A stretch of 24,240 bases of DNA, taken from positions 1-24,240 of the IMG/VR virus record IMGVR_UViG_3300011438_000039. One strand, written 5' to 3'. Positions 16,209-24,071 of the stretch are shown here, piece after piece. The stretch comes from a virus. Lineage: Duplodnaviria; Caudoviricetes. The position numbers and the translations under genes were made by a program. Under the pieces are notes generated by a model that saw only the letters and a list, made by a program, of their open reading frames with translations, had not been told where the DNA came from and did no database searches. Numbering within the stretch: the first letter of the stretch is position 1; each line of letters begins with the position of its first letter.

Positions 16209-17718
16209 ATTCCTTTGCTGCAAACTTGCCGATATCCCTGCCAGTTTCATAGGTCGGGTTCTGGCTTCCGTTTTGATAAAAGGCAAAATCTCCCGCGAAC
16301 GCCTGGCATATAAAGTAGGTCATTTGATCGATAGCGTGGCCATGTTCTTCATACTGCACCTTCGTGTCGGGGTTGGTGACTTTCTTTTTACTTATCCCGC
16401 CCTCGGCGTCTTCAAGGGCATAGGCGTAATCGTTCACCGACACCTCGCAATTATCATCAACCCGAATCCTGATCTTTCGATATTCCTTTTCCAGGATCAT
16501 ATCCATAAATCCACCCTTGGCCACTACCGGCGGATTCTTTGAGGGCACACGCATAGCTGGGTTGTACTTGCGTAACCCCGCACGGATATCAGTAAAGAAG
16601 TTTTCGCCGTATTCCTTGCCGGTTTCACCCTTCTGGCTTGTGGCATCGCCGTAAATGAACATGCCGGTCTTATGAGCGGGAAACATTTTTTCCACCATCC
16701 TGCACGCATTGGCACGCGTGTTAACGGGTGGCCTGGGGGTTATCTCTGCGATCTGTCGACACTCCCTTACTCCATCCTTACCCGTTACTATTTGCCACAC
16801 ACCGCACGTAATGTGAGGGTTAACGTTTTCATCAAAAGATAAGTGCAACGGTAGCTCAGGGTTATAAAGTAAATTTCTGATTACGTGCTTATCTCTGTCA
16901 AACTCTTTGAGGTATTCCGCGCCTGTTTTTTCCTGCGCATCCCAGTTGCCTTTTAGTAGTCGTTCACGGTCGTAGGCGGTTGTATTCTCTTGTAGAGTTT
17001 TCTTATAGGCTTCACGAAATTTTTTATTCGGGTTGCTTTCAAGGGTGGCGGGAATAAAAATGTCGTTCTTCCGTTTTGCTTGACCAAATTCGAGGGTTGG
17101 CTTTACAATGTCATCCCGTATCCAGCCAAGGCCTGGATTACAAGTGACTAGCTGCTTAGGGGAAAGATCCGGGTAAACATCGTGCTTATAGCGCGTGCGG
17201 GTGATGAGAATGTCTGAGGCACGGCGGTTGACCTTTACGCCCTCTTCGATAAATCCTGCGGTGTACTCTCTTGAACCAAGGTCGTTGAAATCGGGGTCCG
17301 ACGGATTTAGTTTTACTTCCAGCAAGTAAATGGTGCAATCCGTTCGCGGGAAATATAGCAAGCTGTGTTGCTCTTTATACTTGTACTTGATGGCCGATAG
17401 TTTGAAGTAATCGAACATAGTAAGTAAGACCGATTCCTTGAGATCTTTGAGAACCTCACGCGCAACATAATACCGAGTTTCTGGATAAGTCTCGACGTAG
17501 TAATTCGCCGTAGCTGATATGAGCGTGCTTTTACCCCCGCCAGCTTGACCGCCATAAAGAACCCGAGTGTATTCGCGGTACTTCGGGTTTGTCATTCGAT
17601 GGAACGCGGAGCTTTGCTCGTCGCTGAGTTCTATCTTAGGGCAATCCTCAGGGTATTTGTGATACGAGTCCTCTGGTTTATATGCGCCTGGCGCGGAGCC
17701 ATTGATGAGATGAGACAC
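16204..17718 (-). CDS. terL: Terminase large subunit
   Basis: Walker A YGGQAGGGKS, Walker B GFIEE, coupling motif TCNP, nuclease motifs SFDEN, YGDAT, HAID. Confidence 0.93.
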   Translation of the reverse strand: MSHLINGSAPGAYKPEDSYHKYPEDCPKIELSDEQSSAFHRMTNPKYREYTRVLYGGQAGGGKSTLISATANYYVETYPETRYYVAREVLKDLKESVLLTMFDYFKLSAIKYKYKEQHSLLYFPRTDCTIYLLEVKLNPSDPDFNDLGSREYTAGFIEEGVKVNRRASDILITRTRYKHDVYPDLSPKQLVTCNPGLGWIRDDIVKPTLEFGQAKRKNDIFIPATLESNPNKKFREAYKKTLQENTTAYDRERLLKGNWDAQEKTGAEYLKEFDRDKHVIRNLLYNPELPLHLSFDENVNPHITCGVWQIVTGKDGVRECRQIAEITPRPPVNTRANACRMVEKMFPAHKTGMFIYGDATSQKGETGKEYGENFFTDIRAGLRKYNPAMRVPSKNPPVVAKGGFMDMILEKEYRKIRIRVDDNCEVSVNDYAYALEDAEGGISKKKVTNPDTKVQYEEHGHAIDQMTYFICQAFAGDFAFYQNGSQNPTYETGRDIGKFAAKEF

Positions 17719-17727
17719 AATTTATTT

Positions 17728-18006
17728 TTATTCCTTATCCGGCTTGACCACAAAAATGAAAGGCTTGTCAGTGCTGACGCCGTGTTCAATTTCCTGTTTG
17801 GGTTTGCCATATCCACGGTCGAGAAGGATTTCAGCGGCGCGTGTGTGCCCAGCTTTAGCCATTTTATGCAGCTTGGCTATAATCTCATTGTACCCTTTCT
17901 GGCCGAGTTCTTCGGAAATCACCTCGGTCAAATCTGGAAGTTTTGGCCTGCCCTTTGGGTTTCCTGATTGCCCTTTTTTGAATGGCTTTAGATTATCTTT
18001 CCCCAC
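17728..18006 (-). CDS. terS: Terminase small subunit (DUF5681-like)
   Basis: FKKGQSGNPKGRPK, A..LLDRGYGKPKQ; directly upstream of terL; GTG start. Confidence 0.8.
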   Translation of the reverse strand: MGKDNLKPFKKGQSGNPKGRPKLPDLTEVISEELGQKGYNEIIAKLHKMAKAGHTRAAEILLDRGYGKPKQEIEHGVSTDKPFIFVVKPDKE

Positions 18007-18124
18007 TGTTTCGTCACTGTTAAAATGGCGAAAGCCAAGGTTAAATAATTTAAGCCCTGGCCCTCTTGACCCTTGCAGGTCCGCGTCTGTCTTACGTATA
18101 GATTACGGGTGTTAACCATAGGTA

Positions 18125-18155
18125 CAAAACTAATCATTTAGTTAACAACTTGCAA
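18125..18155 (-). promoter_or_regulatory. Candidate late-operon promoter, Bacteroidetes sigma-A type
   Basis: TTG (18155-18153) N20 TAGTTTTG (18132-18125), exact TAnnTTTG. Confidence 0.6.
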
Positions 18156-19361
18156 TACTGAATCCCGCGTTATCATCTTTAGCCGCGCTTCCTCTCCCTG
18201 ATCTCCAAAATAATTATTGATAAGTGTCTTCACGTCCTTGCCCACGACAGCCGCAATTTCAGCAGGGGAAAGACCCCAAAGTTTAGGAGCCAACGTGATG
18301 AAAGTCTTCCCTGCAATGTGGGAGGTGATCACCTTGTGCTTTGGTTTCGTTTTACTGAGGCGGTGACCGCCGCGTGTGTAATCAATGACGACCTTATCGT
18401 TAATCTTCGCTTTCTCACACACAACTTTTATTGATTCGTTCACGGCTTGCTCACTGATCTTTGGCGACCGGTAGTCATACCGTGATAGTATCCCGGCTGC
18501 TGCTTTTATAATTGGAATGCTCACGTCGCGGTTATTTTTTAGAAGTTTGATTTTTATGAATCCGTCTCTGGTATTGGTGGCGTTGAGGCGTTTAAGGTCG
18601 CTGATTCGAAGACCAGTATAGCATCCGAGCAGAAACATGTCTTTGGCTTTCTGGTATTCTTTGCTGAAGGAAACATCAACGGTTTCGAGTTGCTTCAATT
18701 CGATTGTAGTTAAGGATATGATTGGCTTCTTTGAGGACCGGAGTTTGATTTTGCTCACGTCGAAGTCGAGCCATTTTAAAAACCATCGTAAATGTTTCAT
18801 GCGCTTGCCGTGGGTGTTATCGGCCAGTTTCTTTTTTTCAAGTAGATACCGCTCGTAGGCACTGATGATGGTTTGTGTTAAAAACTTCCGTTCCAGGGTG
18901 GCAAAGCCTACCGATTTAAGATAAGCGGTAAATGCGTTGATGCTTTCCTTCACGGCACGCTGAGAGGATGGCCGGAACCTGAATAGTTCTTCAGAGGTCC
19001 AGCGGTCGGCAAGTTTTATCACGGTGACCATATCGGATTTCATTTTCGCATCCGCTTGCGCGTGTGTCTGCTCTTTGACGGCCAGATCCTCCATGTAGGC
19101 GATCTTCACGGAGAATGGCGTTATAATCTGTTCTTCAAATTCAAGGCGCCCAATTGCTTTCTTTACGGCAGCCTTAATTTTTTCGATGGCCTTGTAGGGG
19201 TCGCTGTTATGATTCTTAGGTGCCCGGTCGCTGGCGCTCCACTCTTTACTATGTAGCCGCTGGCCGGTGAAGATAAGTTCAGTGTTTGCCCCTTCGTAAA
19301 GTGCCATGTAAATCGGGTGGGGCCCTGTACCTTTGCGTTTTAGGTAGTATCGCAGCTTCAT
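18138..19361 (-). CDS. int: Tyrosine integrase (arm-binding, SAM-like and catalytic domains)
   Basis: FLLGCYTGLRISD (R252), SHIAGKTF, C-terminal Y384; adjacent att-like site. Confidence 0.9.
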   Translation of the reverse strand: MKLRYYLKRKGTGPHPIYMALYEGANTELIFTGQRLHSKEWSASDRAPKNHNSDPYKAIEKIKAAVKKAIGRLEFEEQIITPFSVKIAYMEDLAVKEQTHAQADAKMKSDMVTVIKLADRWTSEELFRFRPSSQRAVKESINAFTAYLKSVGFATLERKFLTQTIISAYERYLLEKKKLADNTHGKRMKHLRWFLKWLDFDVSKIKLRSSKKPIISLTTIELKQLETVDVSFSKEYQKAKDMFLLGCYTGLRISDLKRLNATNTRDGFIKIKLLKNNRDVSIPIIKAAAGILSRYDYRSPKISEQAVNESIKVVCEKAKINDKVVIDYTRGGHRLSKTKPKHKVITSHIAGKTFITLAPKLWGLSPAEIAAVVGKDVKTLINNYFGDQGEEARLKMITRDSVLQVVN

Positions 19362-19466
19362 AAGTGGTCTACAAATAGGTCCATGTTTATTACTATCTAA
19401 TTACATTTAATTCATGGTGAAAGTCAACATACCGCTTAAAAACATTGTTTTGTGAGGTTTCTTACG

Positions 19467-19483
19467 GTCCCGTCCGGTCCGCA
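19467..19483 (+). other. attP: attP core: 3' end of a tRNA-Asp-like gene
   Basis: GTCCCGTCCGGTCCGCA resembles the tRNA-Asp T-arm/acceptor 3' strand (cf. GGTTCGAGTCCCGTCCGTTCCGCCA); the 5' part of the tRNA is absent; terminator follows. Confidence 0.75.
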
Positions 19484-19489
19484 CCGAAT

Positions 19490-19519
19490 GGCTTATTCCG
19501 AAAGGTTTAAGCCTTTTTT
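19490..19519 (+). terminator. Intrinsic terminator after the att core
   Basis: GGCTTA-tt-CC-GAAA-GG-tt-TAAGCC followed by T6. Confidence 0.8.
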
Positions 19520-19594
19520 ATTGGGTTTGGTCCAGGCAGTGGTCCAGATTTTTGTGTATGTTTACTCCCGTCTTTTGATTGCTTATTTGATTTT

Positions 19595-19626
19595 TCCCCC
19601 GGAGGTGATTTGCCGGGGGATTTTTT
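19595..19626 (+). terminator. Second rightward intrinsic terminator
   Basis: TCCCCCGG-N10-CCGGGGGA followed by T6 on the + strand only. Confidence 0.75.
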
Positions 19627-19999
19627 ATTGACATTTTACCGCCTCGATATTTGTCCAAAATTGATCCGTCGATCCTGGTAGCCGAATCTCGACCGCTCCC
19701 GACAAAAGGTGCGTCTCGGCAATGAAAACTTTATCGCCTCCATTCAGCATAAAGACAGCCTTTTGGTCAATCAGTTTTTGAATTGCATCCGTGTCATTGT
19801 CGGCGATGAGGCGCGAAACCTTAACAAAGTACTCTTCATTAACACATACAAAGTAGCCCTTCACTGTAACGCATCCGTCCGATTTTGGCGCCGCTTCAGC
19901 TTTTACCGCTGGATCTTTATAACTGTTGTTCACCGCCCTGCCAATCAGTATCAGCATGGCGACTGCGATTATCAGGAAAACCAGATACTTTTTGTTCAT
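19625..19999 (-). CDS. Membrane-anchored/exported protein in the immunity region
   Basis: ATG at 19999 gives MNKKYLVFLIIAVAMLILIG (basic plus hydrophobic N-terminus); two Cys in the soluble domain plus one C-terminal Cys. Confidence 0.7.
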   Translation of the reverse strand: MNKKYLVFLIIAVAMLILIGRAVNNSYKDPAVKAEAAPKSDGCVTVKGYFVCVNEEYFVKVSRLIADNDTDAIQKLIDQKAVFMLNGGDKVFIAETHLLSGAVEIRLPGSTDQFWTNIEAVKCQ

Positions 20000-20006
20000 A
20001 TAATTT

Positions 20007-20023
20007 TTGACATTCGTTGTCAA
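20007..20023. promoter_or_regulatory. Palindrome TTGACA-N5-TGTCAA between divergent genes
   Basis: Perfect 6-bp IR 8 bp upstream of the 19999 ATG. Confidence 0.45.
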
Positions 20024-20085
20024 TACGTTTTTCGTCATTGCGCCGTTAGAGCCTCTACCCGCTTCCCGTTGAAACACTACAATTT

Positions 20086-20331
20086 ATGAATACATCCACA
20101 CTACCACCATGCACAAAGTGCCTTGCAACGCTCCATGTTAGCCTAACTAACAACGGCTTAGATACCGAACTTGTCTCATCTTTCATTTCAGAATGCCTTC
20201 AAGATTCCAAGAACGAGTATGAGCAAATCGAGTCAGAACTGTCTCCACTCGAACAAATCAGGTTTCGCAATAAGCACATACAAGTGCAATTGCTTCTAAG
20301 CCTTTTACAAAGGGCCAAGCTTAGGGTTTAG
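20086..20331 (+). CDS. Hypothetical 81-aa protein with CxxC, convergent on the repressor
   Basis: Fills an otherwise empty gap; preceded by aaacactacaattt like other early starts; 11-bp tail overlap with the repressor. Confidence 0.55.
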   Translation: MNTSTLPPCTKCLATLHVSLTNNGLDTELVSSFISECLQDSKNEYEQIESELSPLEQIRFRNKHIQVQLLLSLLQRAKLRV

Positions 20332-20737
20332 AGCCTTTAAATAATTGCATCAGTTCTTTTTTCTCCTCCTGCAAACTCATTATTAAAGCGTCTTTGTTTG
20401 CAAGCTGAATGTCGATCCGATGCAATTCACTTTTTTTATCCTCACGGAACGCCTCCAATGTCTTATCGTTGCTGCTCAGCGCGGCTTTAAAGCTGGTCGA
20501 TATCTCTTGTAGTGCCTTCACTAGAGCATCCTCAGGAATCCGGTGTCCGACCTGATCCCATTCATTTCCGAAAAATTCCTTTATTTTCTTCATGACCTTC
20601 GCGCCTGGGTCTGTTCCTGCCTTGTATGGTTTGGTCAATGCGCCTGCGGAAACGCCGCTCTTGGCTTCCAAAGCTGATAGCGTATTTACTAACTCGTTGG
20701 TTTCCAGTAGCTTGTGAACTTTCTCAAAAAATGTCAT
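20321..20737 (-). CDS. CI-like repressor (HTH plus coiled coil, no peptidase domain)
   Basis: TLSALEAKSGVSAGALTK...PGAKVMKKI Xre-like HTH; divergent from the early operon. Confidence 0.7.
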   Translation of the reverse strand: MTFFEKVHKLLETNELVNTLSALEAKSGVSAGALTKPYKAGTDPGAKVMKKIKEFFGNEWDQVGHRIPEDALVKALQEISTSFKAALSSNDKTLEAFREDKKSELHRIDIQLANKDALIMSLQEEKKELMQLFKGSKP

Positions 20738-20755
20738 AAAAAAGCATATTTTTTC

Positions 20756-20809
20756 TTGACTTTTCGTTTATAATCATATTACTTTGATCTACAATATTTC
20801 ACAAAGTAA
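20756..20809. promoter_or_regulatory. Genetic switch region: rightward promoter and 8-bp inverted repeat
   Basis: TTG (20756-58) N20 TTACTTTG (20779-86); inverted copy CAAAGTAA at 20802-09. Confidence 0.6.
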
Positions 20810-20813
20810 CCCT

Positions 20814-21008
20814 ATGAGCGACGAAGTTAACGAAAAGGAACAAAAAAAGGCAACGGTTTCGATAACAATACCAGGTGTGCCCTTGAGTGTGCATAACAAA
20901 ATCAAGCTGTATCGCCGCAAGATCATGCTTGAGCGGAAAAGAGATTACGGGATGATGGCCGCTTATAATGAGTTCTTGAAGGAGTACACCAAAAACATCA
21001 CTGCATAA
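20814..21008 (+). CDS. Cro-position regulator, ribbon-helix-helix-like
   Basis: ATG at 20814; VSITIPGVPLSVHNKIK strand-then-helix pattern; first gene of the rightward operon. Confidence 0.55.
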   Translation: MSDEVNEKEQKKATVSITIPGVPLSVHNKIKLYRRKIMLERKRDYGMMAAYNEFLKEYTKNITA

Positions 21009-21082
21009 AAAAGGACTCATGTAAGCCTATCAACGGTATAGCTCCACGCGGACCACAACCGGATGCTTTGGGTTCTTTTTTT
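21007..21082 (+). terminator. Structured intergenic RNA ending in U7 (terminator/attenuator-like)
   Basis: AAAAAAGGACTCA (21007-19) pairs with TGGGTTCTTTTTT (21069-81) using 2 GU pairs; inner AAGC/GCTT stem and two small hairpins. Confidence 0.5.
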
Positions 21083-21107
21083 AACGAAATCAAATCAAAC
21101 ACTCAAT

Positions 21108-21365
21108 ATGGACACAACAATCACACTTCATGAAATCTTAAAAGAGTACGGTTTCACAAAGCTCCCGAAGGGAACGACTGAAAGTGAGTGGTTTCGCTAC
21201 CATGAAAAAATGATCTCACACGAGGAACGGGTTAGTCGTGAAGAACCAGATCTAGAAAAATACGCAAATGAAGAATCATTCGAATCTGCTGTCTCAGAGT
21301 GGTCAATGATGCGCTCAATGGACATGCCAAATCAACCAGGTTACTACCGCGCAAACAACGATTAA
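21108..21365 (+). CDS. Hypothetical early protein (85 aa)
   Basis: ATG at 21108 preferred: downstream of the terminator and inside the start-associated repeat. Confidence 0.75.
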   Translation: MDTTITLHEILKEYGFTKLPKGTTESEWFRYHEKMISHEERVSREEPDLEKYANEESFESAVSEWSMMRSMDMPNQPGYYRANND

Positions 21366-21369
21366 CATC

Positions 21370-21663
21370 ATGAAAACAATAATCATTATTCTGTTTATTG
21401 CTGGTTTGGTCGCCTGTAACGAGGAGGAAATTAAACCTCAAGTGGCCGCTGAAATCCAAGCGCGTACAGTGGTAACGTTAGGCCATGTAAACAAAAGATG
21501 TGATCCTGCGGTTTATGCGAACCTTATCTATACCAAAAAACAATTACAGTCAGTATTGGAAGTGACGAAAGCGTTTCCTGGCCTTGTGCCACCGGCCACA
21601 ATCCAGTCATGGAGAGTACAATTACAAGGAATAGATGTCAGGCTTTTAATGTGTGAAATCTAA
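21370..21663 (+). CDS. Lipoprotein
   Basis: MKTIIIILFIAGLVA|C lipobox followed by acidic NEEE. Confidence 0.8.
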   Translation: MKTIIIILFIAGLVACNEEEIKPQVAAEIQARTVVTLGHVNKRCDPAVYANLIYTKKQLQSVLEVTKAFPGLVPPATIQSWRVQLQGIDVRLLMCEI

Positions 21664-21679
21664 AACCACCACTCACTTT

Positions 21680-21781
21680 ATGAACACCAAACATAATCCT
21701 AATGAAAATCTGTCGGAACAGTTAGCGCCGCTGGCAGCAATCATTCTTCTGATCACAATCATTTTAACGCTGTTCATATGA
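21680..21781 (+). CDS. 33-aa single-pass membrane peptide; absent from ORF track
   Basis: MNTKHNPNENLSEQLAPLAAIILLITIILTLFI; ATGA overlap with the next gene. Confidence 0.7.
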   Translation: MNTKHNPNENLSEQLAPLAAIILLITIILTLFI

Positions 21782-22032
21782 AAAAGATCATCCATGTCAA
21801 TGAACGTGAGGCGATAAAATTCGCCTGTGCGCTCACGGGGGTGAAGGTAACCTTTGATGCAACTAACACCGAAGGAATCTTAGAGGCTACCGTGACCGAT
21901 AGAGGGCGCGATATAAGTAGCGAATTAGCATGGACCCTTAGCGAGATAGCTTCTCGCAAACGTGCCGATGATTACGAAAAGAAGTATCTCAGCGAGTTTG
22001 AGCTACGGCCATTAACTGAGGATCTGCCATGA
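21778..22032 (+). CDS. Hypothetical early protein
   Basis: ATGA-coupled at both ends. Confidence 0.75.
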   Translation: MKKIIHVNEREAIKFACALTGVKVTFDATNTEGILEATVTDRGRDISSELAWTLSEIASRKRADDYEKKYLSEFELRPLTEDLP

Positions 22033-22211
22033 CCTCTAAGAACCTGAGAACGATAAAAAAGGCCTGTGCTGAGACTGGGGCGTCAGTTGCTTTCCTGAAT
22101 CAACTGTTACAGGAAGGTAAGTTGACCCGGTTCAAGATCAACACGGCGACTTATATCAGTTTAGAAGAATTCGAATCGATAGCAATAGCAGTTAAAAAAC
22201 AAAAAGTATGA
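22029..22211 (+). CDS. Excisionase-like / MerR-type HTH DNA-binding protein
   Basis: LRTIKKAC..TGAS...L.QLLQEGKLTRFKI..ATYI. Confidence 0.7.
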   Translation: MTSKNLRTIKKACAETGASVAFLNQLLQEGKLTRFKINTATYISLEEFESIAIAVKKQKV

Positions 22212-22528
22212 TAGCGCTAACACAAGATCATTTAACCGAAGCTCTGAAAAAATCAATTGAATACGAGCAAAGTAAAACCGATGTGATGAATCTGGTCAAT
22301 CACGGACGCCAGGATCTTTCGCTGATGATTGAGGTCATTGAAGACGGAAGGGCGGCCTTTGAGAACATTATTGAATATAATAAACATACGATTGACAACG
22401 CGGAAGACATGGAGGAAGGGTTACAGGCGAAACTGCGCGAAAATATCGCCTTAGATAAGGCCCAACTCGAAAGTCTCTTGGCGTGGAGGATGTTATTTCT
22501 TTCTGCATGGAATCAAGTTAAACGGTAA
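22208..22528 (+). CDS. Hypothetical helical protein
   Basis: ATGA-coupled, 106 aa. Confidence 0.7.
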   Translation: MIALTQDHLTEALKKSIEYEQSKTDVMNLVNHGRQDLSLMIEVIEDGRAAFENIIEYNKHTIDNAEDMEEGLQAKLRENIALDKAQLESLLAWRMLFLSAWNQVKR

Positions 22529-22546
22529 TCATTATAAACACTCAAT

Positions 22547-23680
22547 ATGGACAATCAAATCACATCAATGTTCAAAAAATTAGAGAACAATCGACCGTAT
22601 TTGAAAATGGCCTTTGAAGGTTTCGCCGGAGACGGTAAGACCTACACATCCATTGAGGTTGCTATCGGTATTCACAAACTGATTGCAAGCAAGAAACCCA
22701 TTGCCCTATTCGACACCGAGAGGGCCTTAAAGGCGTTGGGCTGGCGCTTCGATGAAAACAATATCGAGGCCGTTGTTAACGACGAGAACAGAAGCCTTGC
22801 CGCTTTAAGTCAAGCAATTAAATGGTGCGAGGATGGTAACGCAGACATCCTTGTAATCGACTCTATTACTCATGTCTGGGAAGAATACCTCCGCGCCTAT
22901 ATGGAAGAAAAGAAACGAAGCCGCTTAGAGTTCCAGGACTGGGGAGTTATCAAACCTAAGTGGAAGCAAGAATTTTCTACGCCGTTTGTGATGGCAAAGT
23001 GTCACATCATTTTTACGGGTCGTGCTGGCTATGAGTACGAAACGGACATCATCAAAGAAGACGGGAAGCGTGACCGTAAGGAGATCCATAAGTCTGGAAT
23101 CAAAATGAAAGCTGAGAACGAAACCGCCTTCGAGCCGGACCTGCTTGTGCTGATGGAAAAAAAGCAAGATATCCTGACCGATAAGAAAGTTATCTGGCGT
23201 GAGGCTACCATTATAAAAGACCGTACTACGCGCATCGATGGCCAGACTATTAAGAATCCAACGTTTGAAGATTTCTATCCCGCTATAAAAGTTTTGCTGG
23301 ATGGCGTGCTTCGTGAAACTCATGGCGTAGATATCCCTGACACGTTCCAAGAATTTGAAAGCAAGTTCAGTGAGGTGATCAAAGAGCGTGATCGTATCAA
23401 GGCGGAGATCGAAGGATGCTTTGAGCTTATGGGCCTCGGCACTGGCGCACAAGATAAGCAGGTGAAGGCGTGGACCCTTAACCAGGTCTTCGGTAAAAAC
23501 AGTATGGAAATGATTGAGAAGAAGGATATCAAAACGCTTCGTGCCGGCCTGATGATCATCGAATCATTTTCTCAACGCTACAAGGTTTATCTGAACGAGT
23601 GCCTTGATTCCGATGTAAGCCCGGATAAGGCCAAGATTCAAGGTATGATGAAGGAACTTTTAAACGAACCGGTGAAATAA
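22547..23680 (+). CDS. AAA_24 / Sak4-like P-loop ATPase (recombination)
   Basis: Walker A GFAGDGKT, FDTE, Walker B ILVIDSITHVW, KDRT. Confidence 0.8.
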   Translation: MDNQITSMFKKLENNRPYLKMAFEGFAGDGKTYTSIEVAIGIHKLIASKKPIALFDTERALKALGWRFDENNIEAVVNDENRSLAALSQAIKWCEDGNADILVIDSITHVWEEYLRAYMEEKKRSRLEFQDWGVIKPKWKQEFSTPFVMAKCHIIFTGRAGYEYETDIIKEDGKRDRKEIHKSGIKMKAENETAFEPDLLVLMEKKQDILTDKKVIWREATIIKDRTTRIDGQTIKNPTFEDFYPAIKVLLDGVLRETHGVDIPDTFQEFESKFSEVIKERDRIKAEIEGCFELMGLGTGAQDKQVKAWTLNQVFGKNSMEMIEKKDIKTLRAGLMIIESFSQRYKVYLNECLDSDVSPDKAKIQGMMKELLNEPVK

Positions 23681-24060
23681 TGGAATCTGTAGAGTATAAA
23701 AGTAAACGCCTCATCCTAACGAAGGACGAAAAGATTATAGCAAAATCATGGGGCGCTTTGTGGTCGCGTTTCGGAACACTTGAGCGCAGCGGAAGACCCA
23801 TTCTATTAATCTTCGGTGATTGGTCCGGGTATCGTTCATCACAGTATCGAATAACACATATTGACCAATCCTATAAGGCTAAAGAGGGATTCAGTGGAAC
23901 CGTTCAATTCACAGATAATACCACCATGTCGGTTTGGGTCAAGGCAGTTACCCGTGAACAAATTATTAAAAACAAATGGAGTCGTCGCCCTTCATATACA
24001 AGTTTAATAAACGACTTGATTTATAGTGGTGAAGGCTATTACAAAGTAGGAGACCACTAA
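23680..24060 (+). CDS. Hypothetical protein
   Basis: TAATG-coupled to the ATPase, 126 aa. Confidence 0.7.
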   Translation: MESVEYKSKRLILTKDEKIIAKSWGALWSRFGTLERSGRPILLIFGDWSGYRSSQYRITHIDQSYKAKEGFSGTVQFTDNTTMSVWVKAVTREQIIKNKWSRRPSYTSLINDLIYSGEGYYKVGDH

Positions 24061-24071
24061 ACCACATCACC

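Larger units (their letters stand above)
19363..19546 (+). repeat. Two pairs of arm-type-like direct repeats flanking the att core
   Basis: GGTC(C/T)A at 19366 and 19378, and at 19529 and 19541; 12-bp period in both pairs. Confidence 0.65.
21097..22553 (+). repeat. 18-bp perfect repeat spanning two start codons
   Basis: aaacactcaatATGgaca at 21097-21114 and 22536-22553. Confidence 0.9.

Noticed and set aside
17245-17260. TerL Walker B reads IEE rather than hDE
   Set aside because: Conservative substitution with all other motifs intact; not enough to claim novelty
19420-19490. Intact tRNA gene
   Set aside because: Only the 3' 17 nt match; no D-arm, anticodon arm or GTTC upstream
22925-23801. 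Minus-strand ORFs opposite the ATPase
   Set aside because: Shadow frames of a gene with clear Walker motifs
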